A program made the translations under genes and the position numbers. A stretch of 64,000 nucleotides of DNA from an uncultured Ruminococcus sp. (GTDB lineage: Bacteria; Bacillota; Clostridia; Oscillospirales; Acutalibacteraceae), in the NCBI GenBank assembly GCA_902774325.1, contig CACYIC010000001.1:15403-79402 (forward strand), given 5' to 3'. This document shows, in pieces, positions 57,524-64,000 of the stretch. The notes beneath the pieces are model-generated. The model worked only from the letters and a program-made list of their open reading frames with translations. It made no database searches and had not been told where the DNA came from. Numbering within the stretch: position 1 is the stretch's first letter; each line of letters begins with the position of its first letter.

Positions 57524-58951
57524 TTAATTCCAGTTGAGAGTATCGTTGTAGACGTTGATATAGTCCTGAGCGGAACGCTCCCAGCTGTTGTCGCTCATCA
57601 TGGCTCTCCACATGAGCTGGTGCCAGCCGCGGTCATCCTGGATGCCCCACAGCGCGCGGCGAATGGCGTGCTGCATATCGGCTGTATAGTAGTTCTTGAA
57701 GGTGAAGCCGTTGCCGTAGTTGTCGGCTGAGTCGAATACGCTGTCCTTGAGACCGCCGACCTCGCGGACTACGGGGATGGTGCCGTAGCGCAGGGCGATC
57801 ATCTGGGCAAGACCGCAGGGCTCCTGAGCGGAGGGCATGAGGAAGATGTCCGCGCCGGAGTAGATCTTGCGGGCGAGCTCGGGAACGAAGCCGTGGCAGA
57901 AGCAGAGCCTGCCGGGATACTTAGCCTGCATGAAGTTGAAGAAGTCCTCGTATTCCTTGTCGCCGGAGCCGAGAATAACGAACTGCATATCCTCGGTGTT
58001 CATGAGCTCCTCGAGTCCCATGCGGACGAGGTCCAGACCCTTGTGGGAAACAAGGCGGGTGACCATGCCGACGATCGGGGTGTTCCAGCGCTGCTCGAGG
58101 CAGAGACGCTCCTGGAGCTTCTGCTTGCAGACGCCCTTGCCGCTCATATCCTCCTTGGTGTAGTTGCAGTAGAGCTGGTAGTCAGTGGCTGGATCGTAGC
58201 TTGCCTGGTCGATGCCGTTCTTGATGCCGCAGAGCTTGTAGTGGCGGAGATTGAGCTCGTCATGCAGTCCCCAGCTGTACCAGGGATCCTTGATCTCGGC
58301 GGCGTAGCTGGGAGATACGGTGGAAACGCGGGTCGAGGTCTCGATGGCGCCCTTCATCATGTTGAGCTTGCCGTTCATCTCGAGGATCTTGGTCTCGCTG
58401 GCGGGAATACCTACGCATTCGGTGTTGGTTTCCCAGCCGTACTCGCCCTGATACTGGATGTTGTGGATGGTGAACAGGCTCTTGATGTTGTAATACCAGG
58501 GTCTGTGAGAATAGAACAGATAGTAGTAAACGGGAACAAGAGCTGTCTGCCAGTCGTTGCAGTGGATCATATCGGGGTGGAAGTCGATATAGGGAAGCAT
58601 CTCCAGAATAGCGCGTGAGAAGAACGCGAAGCGCTCAGCATCGTCATAGTGACCGTAAAGGGTGCCGCGCTTGAAGTAATACTCGTTGTCGATGAAGTAG
58701 TAGGTGCAGTCGTTCCAGCGTGCCCAGAACAGTCCGCAGTACTGGTGGCGCCACGCGACGGGAACGGTGAAGTTCGTAATGAAATTCATCTGGTTTTTAA
58801 GATCCTGCGGGATCGTGCCGTAGAGCGGAACAACTATGCGGCAATCCTGACCCTTTCTGCAAAGGGTATGGGGAAGGCTGCCCGCAACATCGGCAAGTCC
58901 GCCGCTGCCGCAGAAGGGATTGGCTTCCGAAGCGCAATAAAGTATTCTCAT
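57524..58951 (-). CDS. glgA: Glycogen synthase
   Basis: SGGLADV..SLP, HCNDWQT, TIHN..YQG, EPCGL.QMIALRYG. Confidence 0.95.
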   Translation of the reverse strand: MRILYCASEANPFCGSGGLADVAGSLPHTLCRKGQDCRIVVPLYGTIPQDLKNQMNFITNFTVPVAWRHQYCGLFWARWNDCTYYFIDNEYYFKRGTLYGHYDDAERFAFFSRAILEMLPYIDFHPDMIHCNDWQTALVPVYYYLFYSHRPWYYNIKSLFTIHNIQYQGEYGWETNTECVGIPASETKILEMNGKLNMMKGAIETSTRVSTVSPSYAAEIKDPWYSWGLHDELNLRHYKLCGIKNGIDQASYDPATDYQLYCNYTKEDMSGKGVCKQKLQERLCLEQRWNTPIVGMVTRLVSHKGLDLVRMGLEELMNTEDMQFVILGSGDKEYEDFFNFMQAKYPGRLCFCHGFVPELARKIYSGADIFLMPSAQEPCGLAQMIALRYGTIPVVREVGGLKDSVFDSADNYGNGFTFKNYYTADMQHAIRRALWGIQDDRGWHQLMWRAMMSDNSWERSAQDYINVYNDTLNWN

Positions 58952-59030
58952 TGGTTTGTCCTCCTATTGGAAAGAATTTAAAAACTATCAGGCAATACCG
59001 CATAAATCAGATGTGCGGATTGCGAAGCAG

Positions 59031-60140
59031 TTATACAACGGATTTCTTGGCAATATAGATGGGGTACGAGTCAAAGCCCATGAGCGAGCGCTCGTCCTTG
59101 ATCGTAACATCCTTGTCAATGATCACGTAGTTGAGCTTGGTGTCGGCGCCGATCTTGGTGTCCTGCATGACGATGCAGTTTGAAAGCTTCGCGCCGCTGC
59201 CGACATAAACGCCCTTTGAGATGATGCAGTTCTCAACCTCGCCGTCGATCACGCAGCCCTGAGCGATGATCGAGTTCTTTACCTTGCTGTCGAGGCCGTA
59301 GCGAGAGGGAGCGTCGTCGCGTACCTTGGTGTAGATCGGGCGCTTGGGGTTGAACAGCTCGTCGCGCACCGACTTCTTCATGAGATCCATATTGAAGTCA
59401 AAGTAGGAGTTGATCGAGCTGATGACCGCGGTGTAGCCCTTGTTCTCGTAGGCGTAAACGCTGTATTTTTCGACCGACTTCTGGATCAGGCGCTTGATGT
59501 CCAGCTCGTTGAGGCTGAGCGCCTTTCGGATCTCCTCCATGAGAAGGGATTTCTTGATAAGAACGGTGCCGCAGACATGGTTCACGACCTCGTCGGTGTT
59601 GCCGGGAGCCACAAATACCTGCTTGACCTTGCCGTCGTCGGCTATGTCAAAGGTGATGGGACGGTCGTAGCCGGCGGGAACAACACGCCTCTTGTAGAGG
59701 AAGGTGATGTCGGCGTTGTGCTTCGCGTGGAAGTCAAAGAGCTGGGTGTAGTCGAAATTCGAGATCACGTTGCCGGGTGAAATGAGGATATATTCCTCGC
59801 GGCAGTGCTCGATGTAGCCGTGCATGTTGTAGATTATCTCAACATAGTTTGAGAAATTCTTGCCGCCGTAGGGCGTGAGAAGGGTGAGGTTGCTTCTTCT
59901 CTTTGAAAGGTCGTAGGCGCTTCCGGAGCCGACGTGGTCGGTCAGCGAAAGGAAGTTGCTCTTGGCGCAGATGCCTACGTTGTTTATGCCCGAGTTTGAC
60001 ATACTCGAGAGCACAAAGTCAATAATTCTGTACTTGCCGCCGATGGGGATACTCGCCATTGTGCGGGTAGCCGCCAGCTCGGGGACCTTATCGTCAAGTG
60101 TGTCGGCGAAAATAAAGCCTAATACGTCGTTACTTCTCAT
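59031..60140 (-). CDS. glgD: ADP-glucose pyrophosphorylase regulatory subunit
   Basis: [23 protein letters not shown]; left-handed beta-helix tail. Confidence 0.93.
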   Translation of the reverse strand: MRSNDVLGFIFADTLDDKVPELAATRTMASIPIGGKYRIIDFVLSSMSNSGINNVGICAKSNFLSLTDHVGSGSAYDLSKRRSNLTLLTPYGGKNFSNYVEIIYNMHGYIEHCREEYILISPGNVISNFDYTQLFDFHAKHNADITFLYKRRVVPAGYDRPITFDIADDGKVKQVFVAPGNTDEVVNHVCGTVLIKKSLLMEEIRKALSLNELDIKRLIQKSVEKYSVYAYENKGYTAVISSINSYFDFNMDLMKKSVRDELFNPKRPIYTKVRDDAPSRYGLDSKVKNSIIAQGCVIDGEVENCIISKGVYVGSGAKLSNCIVMQDTKIGADTKLNYVIIDKDVTIKDERSLMGFDSYPIYIAKKSVV

Positions 60141-61342
60141 TTAGCTGTCACCTCGCTGTCTATCATTTCCTTTGCCTTGACCACGGCGTTTTCGGGGATA
60201 ACGGTGTTTTCACCGATAACGGCGATGCCCCAGTTGTCGCGGTTCTCCACTTCCTCGGGGCTCTGACCGATCTTTGCGTTCTTTCCGATCACAGTGTTTT
60301 CGGCGACGATGGCGAACTGAACGTCTGCGCCCTCCTCGATAACAGCGCCGGGCATGATGATCGATGAGTTGATGGTCGCGCCCTTGCCGACGGTAACGCC
60401 CGAGAAGAGGATCGAGAATTCGAGGTTGCCCTCGACGTTGCAGCCGTCCGCGATCAGGGAATTCTGGATGTTGGCGTCGGGCGAGATGTAGTGCGGCGGC
60501 ATCATGGGATTGCGCGAATAGATGTCCTTGAGGTCGAGGGTGACGTTGGGATCGAGCAGATCCATGTTAGCCTCCCAGAGGCTGTCGATGGTTCCGACGT
60601 CCTTCCAGTAGCCCTCAAAGGGATAGGCGAACATCCTCTCGCCGGAGTTGAGCATGGCGGGGAGCACGTCCTTGCCGAAGTCGTGGCTTGAGTTTTCAAG
60701 CTCGGCGTCGTCGGTGAGGTACTTTCTGAGCTCCTTCCAGCTGAAGATGTAGATGCCCATAGAGGCGTTGGTGCTCTTGGGATGCTCGGGCTTCTCGTCA
60801 AACTCATAGATCTCGCCGTCCTCGTGGGTGTTGAGGATACCGAAGCGTGAAGCCTCCTCGAGCGGAACGTCGATGACCGCGATGGTGCAGGCGGCGTTCT
60901 TTTCCTTGTGGTACTCAAGCATCTTGTTGTAGTCCATCTTGTAGATGTGGTCGCCCGAGAGGATGACAACATATTCGGGATCATAGCGCTCGATATAGTT
61001 GATGTTCTGATAGATGGCGTTAGCGGTTCCGGAGTACCAGTCCGCGCCCTTGATGGCCTGATAGGGGCTGAGGCAGTTAACGCCCGAGTGCATTCCGTCG
61101 AGATCCCACGGCTGACCGTTTCCGATGTACTCATTGAGAATAAGCGGCTGATACTGTGTGAGAATACCCACAGCCTCGATGCCGGAGTTTACGCAGTTTG
61201 ACAGGGGAAAGTCAATAATGCGATACTTGCCGCCGAACGGTACGGCAGGTTTGGCCAATTTTTTTGTGAGCACGCCCAGGCGAGAGCCTTGACCGCCCGC
61301 GAGAAGCATGGCCACAACTTCCTGTTTTGGGAATGTTTGCAT
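60137..61342 (-). CDS. glgC: ADP-glucose pyrophosphorylase catalytic subunit
   Basis: [12 protein letters not shown]...[31 protein letters not shown]. Confidence 0.96.
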   Translation of the reverse strand: MQTFPKQEVVAMLLAGGQGSRLGVLTKKLAKPAVPFGGKYRIIDFPLSNCVNSGIEAVGILTQYQPLILNEYIGNGQPWDLDGMHSGVNCLSPYQAIKGADWYSGTANAIYQNINYIERYDPEYVVILSGDHIYKMDYNKMLEYHKEKNAACTIAVIDVPLEEASRFGILNTHEDGEIYEFDEKPEHPKSTNASMGIYIFSWKELRKYLTDDAELENSSHDFGKDVLPAMLNSGERMFAYPFEGYWKDVGTIDSLWEANMDLLDPNVTLDLKDIYSRNPMMPPHYISPDANIQNSLIADGCNVEGNLEFSILFSGVTVGKGATINSSIIMPGAVIEEGADVQFAIVAENTVIGKNAKIGQSPEEVENRDNWGIAVIGENTVIPENAVVKAKEMIDSEVTAK

Positions 61343-61372
61343 GCAAATACCTCCGATTTTATTGAAATTTAG

Positions 61373-61436
61373 GGGCACCTCTAAAAATTCCCTGTTGTTC
61401 AGAGGTGCGGATATTTTATATTTGATTCCTGTCAAA
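61373..61436 (-). repeat. Conserved upstream module, copy 1 (before glgC)
   Basis: Minus strand TTTGACA-N18-TCCGCACCTCTGAACAACAGGGAATTTTTAGAGGTGCCC. Confidence 0.85.
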
Positions 61437-61571
61437 GCTTAAAAGGGATATCGGCTGATCTAAAGAAGCTTTGGCAGAGAGTTGCTGTGAAGGATTTGTG
61501 AGTTCGGGCGGCACGGATTTTGGAGTCGCCCTTTTGCGGCAGCGGATTCATTTCTCGGAGAGGCGCCCGGT

Positions 61572-63473
61572 TTAACCGGCGTTTTCTCCGGAAAATTTCA
61601 GATATATAACGCCCATCGGCGGCAAAGAGAGCGAAACGCTCTGGTTGCAGCCGTGGATCTTTTCCTGCTGCGTTTGGATCAGGTGTCCGTTTGTGACTCC
61701 GGAGCCGCCGTAGCGCAGATCGTCGGAATTGAACACCTCGTCATAAACGCCCGACTGAGGCACGCCAATGGAGTAGTTCTCGTGGCTTTCGGGCTTGAAG
61801 TTGCAGACCGCGATGATCTCGCTCCCGCTTTCGTCGCTGCGCTTGAAGGCGATGACGGAATTGGTGTAGTCGTCGTGGTGGATCCAGTCGAAGCCCTTCC
61901 ATATCGAGTCGCGCTCATAAAACGCCGGCGTTTCCTTGTAGAACAGGTTCAGCTCACGGAAGAAAACCTGGAGCTGGGCGTGGTTCTTGCTGTCCAGCAT
62001 CTCCCAGTCAACGATTCCGTCAACGTCCCATTCCTCGATCTGTCCGATATCGGTGCCCATGAAGAAGAGCTTTTTGCCCGGGTGGGCGAACATATAGGTT
62101 ATGAACGCGCGCAGACCCGCCAGACGGTCGCCGCCGTTTCCGGGCATCTTGCTGAGCAGCGAGCCCTTGCCTATGCTCATTTCGTCGTGCGAAACGGGCA
62201 GGATGAAGTGCTCCGAGAAAGCGTAGAAGAAGCTGAAAGTCAGGTTGTCGTGATTGAAGGGTCTCCACTTGGGCTCGAGCGTCATATAGCGGAGCATATC
62301 GTTCATCCAGCCTCGGTTCCACTTGTAGTTGAAGCCCAGACCGCCCTCCTCGATGCCGTGGGTGAGCTTAGGCCAGGAGGTCGTTTCCTCGGCGATCATA
62401 AGCACCTCGGGATGATAGAGGTGGACCGCGGTGTTGAGCCGCTTGACGAAATCGATCCCCTCAAGGTTCTCCTTGCCGCCGAATTTGTTGGGCGTCCACT
62501 CGCCCTCGCTTTTGCCGTAATCGAGATAGAGCATGGACGACAGCGCGCCTATGCGGATGCCGTCGAGGTGGTACTTCTCGATCCAGAATACCGCGGAGGA
62601 AACCAGAAAGCTCACTACCTCGGGACGCTCGAAATTGAACAGGCAGGTGTCCCAGAGAGGCTGTTCCCCGAGGCGGGGATCCTCGTTTTCGTAAAGCGCC
62701 GTGCCGTCGAATTTGCTCAGCGCGAAGCTGTCCTTCGGGAAGTTGGAGGGAACCCAGTCCATAATGACGCCGATGCCGTTTTGGTGGAGCGTGTCGATCA
62801 GGAACATCAGATCCTCGGGAGTGCCGTAGCGCGAGGTCGCGGCAAAATAGCCCGTGGTCTGGAAGCCCCAGCTTCCGTCGTAGGGGTGCTCCATCAGAGG
62901 CATGAACTGGACGTGGGTGTAATTCATGTCGAGCAGATAGGCGGTCAGCTCATCCGCGAGCTGTCTGTAGCTGTAGTAGCCGCCGTCCTCGCCGCGCTTC
63001 CATGAGCCCGCGTGGACCTCATAGATATTCATGGGTGACTTGAGGCTGTCGGCGCTTCTGCGGCGCTCAATCCAATCGCCGTCCCCCCAGCTGTAGGAAT
63101 CAATATCAAAGACGCGCGAGGCGTTGTCGGGACGAAGCTCCGCAAAGAAGGCAAAGGGATCGGATTTCAGAAGCTTCTCGAACCAGGGGGTCTCGACGCA
63201 GTATTTGTAGGAATCGCCTGCCGCGACGCCCTCGATGAAAAGCTCCCAGATCCCGTTTTCTGCCCTGCGCATGAAGTGAGCGTTTTTGTTCCAGTTGTTG
63301 AAGCTGCCCGTGACCGAAACGCTCTGCGCGTTTGGCGCCCAGACCCGGAACATGACGCCGTCACTTCCGCCGCGGCTTTCAGGTCTCGCGCCGAAGAAGG
63401 TGAACGCCCTCGTGCCGTCGCCCGTGAAAAACAGCTCGCTCTGGCTTCGCTCATCGCTGAAACGGTAGTCCAT
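61572..63473 (-). CDS. glgB: 1,4-alpha-glucan branching enzyme
   Basis: FRVWAPNA, YEVHAGSW, GSWGFQ..GYFA, LDGIRIGA, AEETT, PVSHDE. Conserved positions read SN at the usual W.P.H and GIRIGA at the usual RVDA nucleophile, so activity should be checked. Confidence 0.9.
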   Translation of the reverse strand: MDYRFSDERSQSELFFTGDGTRAFTFFGARPESRGGSDGVMFRVWAPNAQSVSVTGSFNNWNKNAHFMRRAENGIWELFIEGVAAGDSYKYCVETPWFEKLLKSDPFAFFAELRPDNASRVFDIDSYSWGDGDWIERRRSADSLKSPMNIYEVHAGSWKRGEDGGYYSYRQLADELTAYLLDMNYTHVQFMPLMEHPYDGSWGFQTTGYFAATSRYGTPEDLMFLIDTLHQNGIGVIMDWVPSNFPKDSFALSKFDGTALYENEDPRLGEQPLWDTCLFNFERPEVVSFLVSSAVFWIEKYHLDGIRIGALSSMLYLDYGKSEGEWTPNKFGGKENLEGIDFVKRLNTAVHLYHPEVLMIAEETTSWPKLTHGIEEGGLGFNYKWNRGWMNDMLRYMTLEPKWRPFNHDNLTFSFFYAFSEHFILPVSHDEMSIGKGSLLSKMPGNGGDRLAGLRAFITYMFAHPGKKLFFMGTDIGQIEEWDVDGIVDWEMLDSKNHAQLQVFFRELNLFYKETPAFYERDSIWKGFDWIHHDDYTNSVIAFKRSDESGSEIIAVCNFKPESHENYSIGVPQSGVYDEVFNSDDLRYGGSGVTNGHLIQTQQEKIHGCNQSVSLSLPPMGVIYLKFSGENAG

Positions 63474-63617
63474 TTTATCCCTCCCTCGTTAAAAAGAGCA
63501 AAAAGCGCCGGTGGGCGCTCTCTCCCGCCCGTCTGAACCTGAACGTGTTCAACGGCGGGGTCAAGAGATCTCATTAAAGAAAACCCATAGCTGATAAAGA
63601 ATACTTTTATCTGATTT

Positions 63618-63681
63618 GGGTACCTCTGAAAATTCCCTGTTGTTCAGAGGCGCGGAAACAAAATAATAGATTTATGTCAAA
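63618..63681 (-). repeat. Conserved upstream module, copy 2 (before glgB)
   Basis: Minus strand TTTGACA-N18-TCCGCGCCTCTGAACAACAGGGAATTTTCAGAGGTACCC; 39-bp core is 36/39 identical to copy 1. Confidence 0.85.
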
Positions 63682-63784
63682 ACGACGAAATCATGCCGAC
63701 GAATAACAGGAAGATTCGGCAGAAAAATGCCGTAAAAGATCTGCGGCTATGGGCGGCGAGAAATCTTTAAAGCTGTCCATATAT

Positions 63785-63813
63785 ATAATACCAAAATATT
63801 ATGTGAATTTCAA
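63785..63813 (-). promoter_or_regulatory. Candidate distal sigma-A promoter of glgB
   Basis: TTGAAA-17 bp-TATTAT with TG extension. Confidence 0.55.
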
Positions 63814-64000
63814 GCAAATTCAAAAATTTTCAAACTAAATTTTGGTGTAATTTTTATAAATAATAACCAAAAATAATTGAATCTCAGGTCGCTCCGTCCG
63901 ATTGAAGCCCGAGATATATACAAAAATCATTGATTGCCAATTGCCTGCGGCGGTCAAAACCCGCCTCGCGGGGACTCGTCGCCGGAAAATATCTGGCTTG

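Noticed and set aside
1-64000. tRNA, rRNA, integrase, transposase or prophage genes
   Set aside because: None recognisable by eye; tRNAscan-SE/Infernal not run

Overview
64-kb, mostly core-chromosome segment of a spore-forming clostridial bacterium. A C-terminal dockerin, glycogen/amylase genes and an SASP gene suggest an Oscillospirales/Ruminococcus bromii-like organism (inference). Housekeeping genes: aspS-gatCAB, gltX-glnS-fabG, trpB2 under a Trp T-box, mgtE, recQ with a LexA box, rny, gap, glgBCDA and an EPS/rml locus. Accessory genes: a MATE-AraC cassette flanked by inverted repeats, a CotH-dockerin protein, and a three-gene operon of two dynamin-like GTPases (LeoBC/LeoA, Eleos-like) plus an ADP-ribosylglycohydrolase. 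No transposase, integrase, tRNA, rRNA or CRISPR array was seen. Strongest leads: (1) the dynamin-pair + ADP-ribosylglycohydrolase operon as a candidate defence variant; (2) a 35-codon leader peptide with terminator/antiterminator in place of an M-box upstream of mgtE; (3) a dimorphic ~110-bp tandem array with a decayed solo copy 24 kb away; (4) an identically spaced 64-bp module upstream of both glgB and glgC; (5) long GTCA-loop palindromes, one of which forms the aspS leader. All alignments, pairings and GC spot counts were done by eye; no database searches were run.
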